From NCBI RefSeq assembly GCF_025370755.1, contig NZ_JAMXFC010000004.1, forward strand, positions 145,505 to 209,504: a stretch of DNA of 64,000 nucleotides, written 5' to 3'. The DNA comes from Laspinema sp. D2d. GTDB taxonomy: Bacteria > Cyanobacteriota > Cyanobacteriia > Cyanobacteriales > Laspinemataceae. Positions 51,571 through 59,860 of the stretch are shown here, in pieces. A program made the position numbers and the translations under genes. Numbering within the stretch: position 1 is the stretch's first letter; each line of letters opens with the position of its first letter. The notes under the pieces are model-generated. The model was not told the DNA's origin and made no database searches. It worked only from the letters and a program-made list of their open reading frames with translations.

Positions 51571-51597
51571 ACTTAAAAAGGCCCGCATCAGGGCCTT
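51571..51597 (-). terminator. hairpin plus T-tract on the minus strand, downstream of the pentapeptide gene
   Basis: On the minus strand, aaggccc-tgatgc-gggcctt is followed by ttttt. Confidence 0.5.
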
Positions 51598-51759
51598 AGT
51601 GCGTTGGCTATCTCGGGACTGGCGAGCAACGGACACCGCCTTTAGCTAACAGCGGAGCACGACTCAAGTCGTGCTCGTGAACAGAAACTTGAACAAACTC
51701 CGGGCCTGTTGCTACGAAATCTGCTCATTCTTTAGGGCTAAAATAAGTTCCACTGTCAG

Positions 51760-52827
51760 TTAACGGCATCGAGCGGTTTTGCCATTGGGTAAAATCGCGT
51801 CACAAATTATCCCTTGGGTAAAATCTACATTCTCAATCACAATCTGAGTGAGATCCGCCCCTCGCAGATTAGTATCAGTGAGTTGGACATTGCGGAAGGT
51901 GGCTCCGGTGAGGACTGCCCCCTCTAGGTCCGCACCCGAGAGAATGGTCCCCTCTAAGCTTGCTCCCTGAAGCTCGACATTTCTGAGCTGGGTATTAATC
52001 AAAATCGCCTCATTGAGAATCACCCCTTGCATATCGGCATCCAATAAATCCGCACCGGAGAGGTCCGCTTGGGTTAACAAGGCCCCTCGGAAGTTACTGG
52101 AGCTCAGGTTAGCATTTCTGAGACTGGTTCCTTGCATCTGTGTACCTTGGAAGAAGGCTTGGCGCGCACTGGCCCCACTGAGATTGGCACTATTGAGAAT
52201 TGCACCACTGAGGTTGGCATTGTTGAGGGTCACCCCGAAGAGTTCCGCACCTGTCAGGTTGGTCCCCTGGAGTTGTGCCCCATTTAAGTTAGCTTGCTCG
52301 ATGTAGATGCGGCTGAGATCCGTCCCGCTTAAATTGGCTTCGGTCAAATCTGCATTCGCTAGGTTAATTAAAAATAAAACGGCACCCACTAACTGGCTCC
52401 GAGACAAGTTGGCCCCTGTTAGGTTCACCCCCGTTAAATTAGCCCCTCGAAGATTGACATTTTGTAAGTTGGCCCCGGTGAGGTTGGCCCCGGTGAGGTT
52501 GGCCCCTCTTAAATCGGACCCTTGAAAATTGGCATTCGTTAGGTTAGAGCTACTCAGATCCGCACCTGTGAGGTCCGTATTACTCAGGTTGGCACCCGTC
52601 AGGATACAGGCTTGACACTGCTTTGTTTGCATTAAACGCATGACTCCTCCAGAATCTTGCGATCGCCCGGGAATAGCGAGACAAACCGCAGCTAAGACGA
52701 TGAGGGAAAATCCCATCCCTTGATAAATCTGCCGTACTCGTAAACTCAATAGGTTGTTTTTGATGATTCGTTGATTTGCCATGCGTGGGGCCACCTCTGG
52801 AGTCCCGTAGAAAATCTTAATGTTCAC
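51760..52827 (-). CDS. pentapeptide-repeat protein with signal peptide
   Basis: More than 40 consecutive A(N/D)L(S/T)G-type pentapeptides are present. An N-terminal hydrophobic signal is present. The start may be at a later ATG. Confidence 0.9.
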   Translation of the reverse strand: MNIKIFYGTPEVAPRMANQRIIKNNLLSLRVRQIYQGMGFSLIVLAAVCLAIPGRSQDSGGVMRLMQTKQCQACILTGANLSNTDLTGADLSSSNLTNANFQGSDLRGANLTGANLTGANLQNVNLRGANLTGVNLTGANLSRSQLVGAVLFLINLANADLTEANLSGTDLSRIYIEQANLNGAQLQGTNLTGAELFGVTLNNANLSGAILNSANLSGASARQAFFQGTQMQGTSLRNANLSSSNFRGALLTQADLSGADLLDADMQGVILNEAILINTQLRNVELQGASLEGTILSGADLEGAVLTGATFRNVQLTDTNLRGADLTQIVIENVDFTQGIICDAILPNGKTARCR

Positions 52828-52975
52828 CAGACGGTGATTCTAATCGATGTCTAACCCTACAGCACCCTATTTTTGCCGGGTCTATCCCCTTTCTTATACT
52901 CCATCCTATACTCATAGGTCTGGGAAAGGGACCACGATGCTAGTCCTAGGTGAAAGGGAAAGGGTGGGAGTTGGC

Positions 52976-53911
52976 CTAATTTGATTGATCGCCCGGTTTG
53001 AGGCGAAAAATATAAACGAATTTTCGGCGATCGGCAGGGAGAATTTTCTTTAAAATCCCTTCGACTTCGGCTTTAGTCCCACCGCTGGCGATCGGCATTT
53101 CTTCAAACAAGGCAATCCAGCCTTTTTTCATCCCAATTTCTCGCCAGCGCTCTAAATAAATTTCTGCATACAGCCGCCCCATTTCCTGGTAATAAATAAC
53201 TTTTAAATCAACACTTTGTTTGACTAATTCTTGAATCTGCATTTCATAGGTTTTTCGATTTTCTTCACTCTGGAGATAAAATTTTAGCCGATCGCCCTCG
53301 TTCCCCGGGCCGAGGCCATCATCCGGCTGAGATTCTGGGGGGGGTTCCGCTGCTTCAAATTCGGTCAACGAGGCGATAATTCCAAATTTTTCAACGGCAT
53401 GATGATAGGTTTCCTTCAGACTCCCTTTAATACTCAAGCCTAAATAAAAGGGATAGGGTTGTAAGGTTCCATCATAGATAATTTTGTTTTTAAAGGGTAA
53501 GAGCACGGTTTCTACCATGACCGGCAAAACACTCCCAACCAGTTCCGGAAAAGGACAATCTAAGGCTAACACGCCGTAAGCTTTACTCGGAGGGCGATCA
53601 GCAATTAATACCGCATAATTTTTTTGATAACTATAAATATAAAATCTCCCAGGAATAAAATTGTGCCAACTCGAAACAATTTGAAGTAAATCAGGAGAGG
53701 TTTTTAGGGGGTTTTCTTCTGCAAATAAATCAAATAGGTAAGGATGAGTGTAGAGTTGCTGACGGAGTTCGTTAACCTGTAACGGTGTCAGTTCTGACAT
53801 TTCCTCCGAGGCACAGACTCCTGCAAAAAGACCCATTTTTTGATTAACGTAAATTAAAAGAGAATAGTATAGATGGTAAAATAAATCAATATCTGAATCG
53901 GCTAATTGCAT
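52976..53911 (-). CDS. hypothetical protein
   Basis: The long ORF has coding-like composition. It is divergent from the AAA ATPase gene. I recognise no motif. The start at 53911 corresponds to MQLADSD. Confidence 0.55.
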   Translation of the reverse strand: MQLADSDIDLFYHLYYSLLIYVNQKMGLFAGVCASEEMSELTPLQVNELRQQLYTHPYLFDLFAEENPLKTSPDLLQIVSSWHNFIPGRFYIYSYQKNYAVLIADRPPSKAYGVLALDCPFPELVGSVLPVMVETVLLPFKNKIIYDGTLQPYPFYLGLSIKGSLKETYHHAVEKFGIIASLTEFEAAEPPPESQPDDGLGPGNEGDRLKFYLQSEENRKTYEMQIQELVKQSVDLKVIYYQEMGRLYAEIYLERWREIGMKKGWIALFEEMPIASGGTKAEVEGILKKILPADRRKFVYIFRLKPGDQSN

Positions 53912-54737
53912 AATAGAACCCCTCGATTTTATCCTGGGTGGCTTCGTTCTTTTACTATAGCCTGCCTGTCCTACTTCAGAACCCTTAGATTCAGAATAAG
54001 GACCTATAGAAGAAGGCACAACCTGTCAGGGGAGATTTCAGGTCAACAGGGGGGCTCTACCCCTCGTCGTACCCCTAGACCTGGATGATAGCGGGTCTAA
54101 ATCATTCTGAGCCTAAAATGAATCCGTTGGCGTCTCTTGCGGTAGTAGAAGGCAAGATGCTCCCCCTCCGGTGGGGAATTATCCCGTTGATTTAGACGGG
54201 CGATCGACACCCATCCACAAAATTTTTTTCCCCTCTTGACAACCGTGTAACATGAATGTATTATGTCAGTATCAGAACCGTAACTTTTTAAAATGCCATA
54301 AATTTGAAATCAGAGCGATCGCCTTTCCTGTAGAGGTCTACGCCGACGGTGTTTGGTGCTGACCTCAGTCCCCATCGAAAGCCCTGGTGCTCATGAATGA
54401 CTCGGACCCACGGAATCTGTCAAAATTACTAGGAAAAGACCCAGAGGAAATTGCCTCAGTCATTGACTCGGCGATCGCCCCCCATTTTTGTTAATATCTT
54501 ATCCGTAGGAACTGTATGAAAAACATCATTTTCAGGTCAGTAACTTTGCTTAAATAACCGGATTTAATCAAGGCAAATAAACCGTTAAATCAACAAAACC
54601 TAACCGTTTCGATTTATTCAGGGGATAAATCCAATTTTTTCTCCGAAGCGCTTTCAATCAGGCGTTAACTGTTCCAATCCATTCAAGACTTAGGGCAAAC
54701 CTTTAGTTTAGTTAGGCCATCACAACTCACTTAAATT

Positions 54738-55964
54738 ATGGCATTTGGCAATTTTGACCACGGAAACGAACAACGCGATCGCCAATCCAATCAAGACCGG
54801 GGATTATTAGGCTCGGGTTGGCGACCCTTATCCCGAGAATTTGATTGGGGTTATTTCTTCCATCTCGCCTCTAAAGACCCCTGGGAATTAGCCCACAAAA
54901 CCTTAGATGTTAGTAGTGATATTGCCGATGCGTTAGGTCGTCAAAATTTTACGTGGTGGGCCAATATTTTAAATGTATTTTCGGAATACACCCGAGGGGA
55001 TTTCAATGAATTTTGGGATTATATTACCCCTGCACCAGCGGGACCCCATTGCCTCACCGCAGATATGCTCGCGGCAGAAACCCCCGTGGTTCAATTAGTG
55101 AGCCGGGACAGCATCCCGATTGATTACGTCCTCAAACGCCTCCAAGAGATTACTGTTTTAAAAGTTCTTGATCTTTTGGGTCGGCCCGATTTGATTACCC
55201 AATATTACCAAGACCGGCATTTTTATTATCCCATCGAGCGGTTTTCCACCTGGGAGCGTATCGAAACAATTGGGACGGTTTATGCCTATTGGAAAAAACA
55301 GGATATTTGGCTGCAAATCGACCATCTCGGGCGCATTCAAAATATAGGCCGCAATCAATTTCAATATACCCTGATTGCCGATGATTTGCGATCGCTGATT
55401 AACAAAGCCACCTACAATCTAGCAGTCATGCTCAGTGGCTATCAAAGCCGCGTCGGTCAAGTTCAAAGTGAATTTCCGATTCGGACCTTTCCTGCGGATA
55501 TTCAATGCTTTACCGATCGCGTTCAAGATGCCATTTTTACCCAACCTCAACTCGCCGTCCTGGTTCATGGGGCACCGGGGACCGGAAAAACCGCTTGGAC
55601 CCAAGCTGTGGCCAAAGAAATTCTAGTCCCCTTGGGATATGTGATTTTTATTCTTGACCATGATGCGGTAGAAAATTTCGTTCCCCCTAGTTATTTAGAA
55701 AAAATTTGCATCATTATTAATGAAGCAGATAACCTCGCCCAAGACCGGGGAAGTGAAGCCGCACAACACAGTAATAAAACTGAACATATCCTCAGCTTAC
55801 TCGATGGTACTTTATATCAAAGTGTTTTAGATGTGGAGGGAATCAATGCTCAACAAAAGTTAGTGTTTTTAATGACTTGTAACACCACCGAACGATTGGA
55901 TCCGGCAGTATTACGCAAAGGCAGGATTGATTTAATCTCTGAATTTGTAACTCAATTTGTGTAA
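54738..55964 (+). CDS. AAA-family ATPase with an unknown ~270-aa N-terminal domain
   Basis: The C-terminal classical AAA module has Walker A (GAPGTGKT), Walker B (IIINEAD) and the second region of homology (CNTTERLDPAVLRKGRID). Confidence 0.85.
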   Translation: MAFGNFDHGNEQRDRQSNQDRGLLGSGWRPLSREFDWGYFFHLASKDPWELAHKTLDVSSDIADALGRQNFTWWANILNVFSEYTRGDFNEFWDYITPAPAGPHCLTADMLAAETPVVQLVSRDSIPIDYVLKRLQEITVLKVLDLLGRPDLITQYYQDRHFYYPIERFSTWERIETIGTVYAYWKKQDIWLQIDHLGRIQNIGRNQFQYTLIADDLRSLINKATYNLAVMLSGYQSRVGQVQSEFPIRTFPADIQCFTDRVQDAIFTQPQLAVLVHGAPGTGKTAWTQAVAKEILVPLGYVIFILDHDAVENFVPPSYLEKICIIINEADNLAQDRGSEAAQHSNKTEHILSLLDGTLYQSVLDVEGINAQQKLVFLMTCNTTERLDPAVLRKGRIDLISEFVTQFV

Positions 55965-56067
55965 AGAATTTTACGGGAATGATTAAATGAAAAAGTGGGG
56001 CGATCGCCCCACTTCCTCTACAGTCCTAGACTAAAAACCAGTCGCCGGTTCCTGCTTATTGAGTTAC

Positions 56068-56496
56068 TTATTTCGGAGAAACTTCGATATCAGGATTCTC
56101 GCAAAAATTCATGGCAGCAGCGAAGCCTTCTGTTCCATCTTCACTGCGGGTAAAGACATCATATAAACAGGGGTCTCCATCTTCCCAGTCTTCATCAGCC
56201 CACTCAAATGGAGCCGTATCACCCGGTTCGATTGGTACATCGCCTAGGATACTGTCACCCCACTCGGTTTGCTCCGCATCATCGACATAAAGTTCAGTAA
56301 TCGGGCTACCTGTATTATTGGTAACCGTAAATTTATATTGAGGGCTGGTCTTCTCAGCGTCATCAGATGGAGCGCTGCTTTCCTCAGCCTCCTCAACCTC
56401 CTCAGCGCGGGCGACTGTACTCACCAGAGGTAGGCATAATGCAAACCCCACGAGCAGAGCACGGAAGGACAGATTAACCAGAAGGTTTGGTTTCAT
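56068..56496 (-). CDS. small secreted acidic protein (hypothetical)
   Basis: A signal peptide is followed by a Glu/Asp-rich sequence with a single Cys pair. Confidence 0.5.
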   Translation of the reverse strand: MKPNLLVNLSFRALLVGFALCLPLVSTVARAEEVEEAEESSAPSDDAEKTSPQYKFTVTNNTGSPITELYVDDAEQTEWGDSILGDVPIEPGDTAPFEWADEDWEDGDPCLYDVFTRSEDGTEGFAAAMNFCENPDIEVSPK

Positions 56497-56803
56497 TATA
56501 GACCCTCCTTGAGGGCAGTGTAAAAATGGATTAACTGATATCCTATCATTGCTTTTTTATTTGTCAATCCCCTTTTTTAAATAGCAGTCAGGCTGGAAAG
56601 AAAAGATTTGGATCCTGTCCTGCCTTCACTTAAAAGCTAAAATCAGAAACACCCTAAAGTGAGCTTCGGAATACTTTTATCCAGGAACATGATTCTGGGA
56701 ACACCCAGGGTTTTATCTGGAAAAGGGAGTTTATTCAAAACTTCAATAAATTTTTTGATCCCCTTTTCACGTTTGTACTTATCCATTCTAGCTGGACAAT
56801 TTT

Positions 56804-57352
56804 ATGAACAAAAATTATCAACTCCTTAAAATTAGTAAATACCTCAGTTATCACTTACGACACCATCCCGAGGAAATTGGATTAGAACTGGAACCGGGGG
56901 GGTGGGTTGCGGTGGTAGCCTTATTAGCTGCCGCACAAGCGCACCAGTTCCCTATCACCCCTGCGGAACTAGAGTTAGTGGTAGAAACCAGCAATAAACA
57001 GCGCTTTTCTTTTGATTCCACTGGCACTCGTATTAGGGCAAATCAAGGGCATAGTATTCCTATCGATTTGCAACTTGATTCGAGTTGTCCTCCGGAGATT
57101 CTTTATCATGGCACGGGACATCATGCGGTTGAGTCAATTCTGGCCCACGGATTACAAAAAAGAGCGCGCCATCATGTTCATTTATCCTCGGATAGGGATA
57201 CTGCCAAACAAGTGGGAACCCGTCAGGGTAAACCTGTGATTTTCACCATTAAAGCTGCCGAAATGCACCAAAATGGGCATTTATTTTACTGTTCTGATAA
57301 TGGGGTTTGGCTGGTGGATGAAGTGCCACCAGAATATTTAGTTCTGGGATAA
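56804..57352 (+). CDS. kptA: RNA 2'-phosphotransferase (Tpt1/KptA family)
   Basis: LSKYLSYHLRHHPEEIGLELEPGGWVAV...QRF...IRANQGHS...LYHGT matches the Tpt1/KptA signature along its length. The product is 182 aa. Confidence 0.9.
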   Translation: MNKNYQLLKISKYLSYHLRHHPEEIGLELEPGGWVAVVALLAAAQAHQFPITPAELELVVETSNKQRFSFDSTGTRIRANQGHSIPIDLQLDSSCPPEILYHGTGHHAVESILAHGLQKRARHHVHLSSDRDTAKQVGTRQGKPVIFTIKAAEMHQNGHLFYCSDNGVWLVDEVPPEYLVLG

Positions 57353-57467
57353 GCTGGCCCTCTTTCAAATCGATAAAGGAGTGGGAGTATCTCCCTCTTT
57401 ATCAGCTTCTAAAAGTAGCCAGAAGAATTTCATAAAACTCAGAAAAATTAGTTAGGGAGAAACGCCC

Positions 57468-58322
57468 ATGAAAAATATTCGTAACCTGCTTAAAGAATTG
57501 GCAATTCAAGAGTCTAATTTGCAGGGGAAACAGTTTCTCGCTCCAGCAGTGGAGGGGGGACGAGTCCGACTGCGGATGGCGGGTATCATTTATACCTTTG
57601 AGATTGAGCCAAAAGGGTTTGAAGGCTGGGGGATTTTTGAGGCGATCGCCCCTGGAAAAGCCCAGTTCATCGAACCTGCTGAGTTCCTCCAAATTGCCGA
57701 ATATTTAGAACAATTTCCCCCAGCACGGTTATGGTTAGCTTATCCGTTGCGCGGTCAAACTTGGTTGGCTTATCCCATGAATGAATCAGACTGGCTTCAG
57801 CGCACGGGAACGGTCAAACCTGTGGTCGTTCATTTGGTGCTAGAAGGAGGAAAGTTTGAGCCCGTTGTGGTGCGTTGGGATGGTAAAAATGGCTGGTTTG
57901 AAGCCTGCGATCGCCGTGCGGACCCGATGCCTACGGAACAGCTTAGAACGGAGTTAAAGCGCTTAACTATGCCCCAAAATTTAAGCTTTAAAGGGCTGAC
58001 TCCAGAAATGCGAACCGTTTATGAACAAGTCGTCCAAAAAATGGCAGAATTTAACCCCCAGTGGCAATATTACCAGGATGAAAAACGCTTGGAAGCGGCG
58101 TTAAAAATGGGCGGAGGTGAGTTACAAAGCTTTCAGGAAAGTGGGGATAAGTATTGGACTGTTCACTGGACCACCCGGACGGGGGAACAGCATACTTCGG
58201 CAATTTCTAAACAAGATTTGACCGTGTTCAGTTCCGGGATTTGTTTGAGCGGACGGGACCACGATTTTGATTTACAATCCCTGATAGGGGTAATTGAAAA
58301 TCGGGATGAATGGTTCGACTGA
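57468..58322 (+). CDS. hypothetical protein
   Basis: The 284-aa ORF is co-oriented between kptA and the E1-like gene. I recognise no motif. Confidence 0.6.
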   Translation: MKNIRNLLKELAIQESNLQGKQFLAPAVEGGRVRLRMAGIIYTFEIEPKGFEGWGIFEAIAPGKAQFIEPAEFLQIAEYLEQFPPARLWLAYPLRGQTWLAYPMNESDWLQRTGTVKPVVVHLVLEGGKFEPVVVRWDGKNGWFEACDRRADPMPTEQLRTELKRLTMPQNLSFKGLTPEMRTVYEQVVQKMAEFNPQWQYYQDEKRLEAALKMGGGELQSFQESGDKYWTVHWTTRTGEQHTSAISKQDLTVFSSGICLSGRDHDFDLQSLIGVIENRDEWFD

Positions 58323-58367
58323 TTTTAGTTCACCACTTTTTTTATAATTACCCAGATACCCAGAAAA

Positions 58368-59009
58368 ATGTCGATTTATTTTCACGAACAACTGTATAGA
58401 ACACCGGAAGTCATGGGGAAACTTCAGGGATTTCCGGTGACCATTTGTGGGGCAGGTGCTTTAGGTGCTAACTTGACTGAAAGTTTAGCCCGCAGTGGTT
58501 TCCAAGGGTTGACGGTGATTGATCGCGATCGCATTGAAGAGCGCAATCTTTCCACCCAGCCTTACTATCGTTCCGATATTGGCGCATTTAAAGCCAAGAT
58601 TTTAGCCAACAGTCTCTATCGGGCCGTCGGGATTAAACTGGATATCCAGACTAAAGAATTGACCGCCGAAAATGCCAGTAAACTCATCGGAAGTCAACCG
58701 GGCTTAGTTATTGATACCTTTGACAATAGTGGGTCTCGAAAAGCGGTAGCAGATTGCTGTGCCACTCAGGAAATCCCCTGTCTTCATGTAGGACTCGCGA
58801 CGGATTATGCTGAAATTATTTGGAACGAAGTGTATCGCATTCCTTCCCCGGTTCAGGATGATATTTGCGATTATCCCTTGGCGAGAAATTTAGTCACGCT
58901 TACCGTAGCAGTCGCTTGTGAGGTAATCATTGAATTTGCGATCGCCCAAGTGCGTTCTAGCTATACGGTGACCCTGGGAGATTTTGCGATTAAACCGTTT
59001 ATAGCTTGA
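58368..59009 (+). CDS. small ThiF/MoeB-family E1-like adenylyltransferase
   Basis: It has the Rossmann nucleotide-binding motif VTICGAGALGANLTESLARSGFQGLTVIDRDRIEERNLSTQ. It is 213 aa with no rhodanese or zinc-finger extension. Confidence 0.75.
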   Translation: MSIYFHEQLYRTPEVMGKLQGFPVTICGAGALGANLTESLARSGFQGLTVIDRDRIEERNLSTQPYYRSDIGAFKAKILANSLYRAVGIKLDIQTKELTAENASKLIGSQPGLVIDTFDNSGSRKAVADCCATQEIPCLHVGLATDYAEIIWNEVYRIPSPVQDDICDYPLARNLVTLTVAVACEVIIEFAIAQVRSSYTVTLGDFAIKPFIA

Positions 59010-59085
59010 GGTGCAGCCTTTTTAAAGAAACTGCACCTCAATCCCTCCAATAGCGGGATACCCACTCCCAGACAAACACAAAGAA

Positions 59086-59133
59086 CCCCCCCTATTATTC
59101 CCACTCCGAGAAGGGCGGGAATAATAGGGGGGG
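59086..59133. repeat. 17-bp perfect inverted repeat hairpin (ccccccctattattccc / gggaataataggggggg)
   Basis: It lies about 80 bp downstream of the E1-like stop, with a 14-nt spacer. Confidence 0.8.
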
Positions 59134-59229
59134 GTGACAAGTTCCTCAAAGCGAAAGGATGAATGATCCCGATCAACTCAGGGATTTCCATAAAACAAAG
59201 TTCTGCATTAGAGGTTAGGCAAAATTAGT

Positions 59230-59276
59230 AAAGCCCCCCTTATTAAGATTAAGGGGGGTTGGGGGGATCTCTTATA
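59230..59276. repeat. GC-rich hairpin mini-repeat (family A, inverted copy)
   Basis: AAGCCCCCCTTATTAAGATTAAGGGGGGTTGGGGGGATCTCTTAT is the reverse complement of the element at 25014-25056. Confidence 0.7.
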
Positions 59277-59860
59277 GAAGATTTTATTTTTTGGACTTCC
59301 CTAACCGATTGAGGAGGGTTGCCCATACCCTAATCCAGATAACCCATTAACTCAGATTCCTTTGTCGGGTTATTATTTGCAGCGATCGGACGACCGTGAG
59401 GGCCTGGGGCTAATTTAGTGATTTGGCTCCCTGGATTTGTGCTATCCTGAACGGTCTGAGTTGGGCTATCCTTATCCTTCTCGTTAGGCACGTTTAGACT
59501 CCTCTATCACTGTATTGATTAACTATCTTAGGCGATTTTAGACAACCCTGAATAAAAATCGGGTAAACTAAAGGACAGAAGTAGAACCAGAATCCGGAGT
59601 TCTAGGGGATCACAGAACAATCACCCCACTCCGGGTTCATGTTGGGCCATCCGCTCATTCCAATGAACGGTTCAGGGGAAATTCAGGGGAACTGACTCGG
59701 TTGAATCGGGCCAGTTTCTAGTCAAGGCAGGGTCAAAGCACTTATCAATCCTATGATGATTTCTTAAGAACCTGCGACAAAAAAATGAATGAGTTTATCG
59801 AAGGCAAAACATGGGTTTTTCCCGGTTAGGCTTGAGTTCTTTACAGTTTGATAACTGGCT

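Noticed and set aside
52013-52525. Plus-strand ORFs antisense to the pentapeptide-repeat gene
   Set aside because: Repetitive Ala/Leu/Arg-rich products generated by the pentapeptide coding repeats. No start context.
54393-54494. 34-aa ORF (MNDSDPRNLSKLLGKDPEEIASVIDSAIAPHFC) in the divergent promoter region
   Set aside because: Too short and without an RBS or conservation evidence to call. Noted only as a possible small protein.
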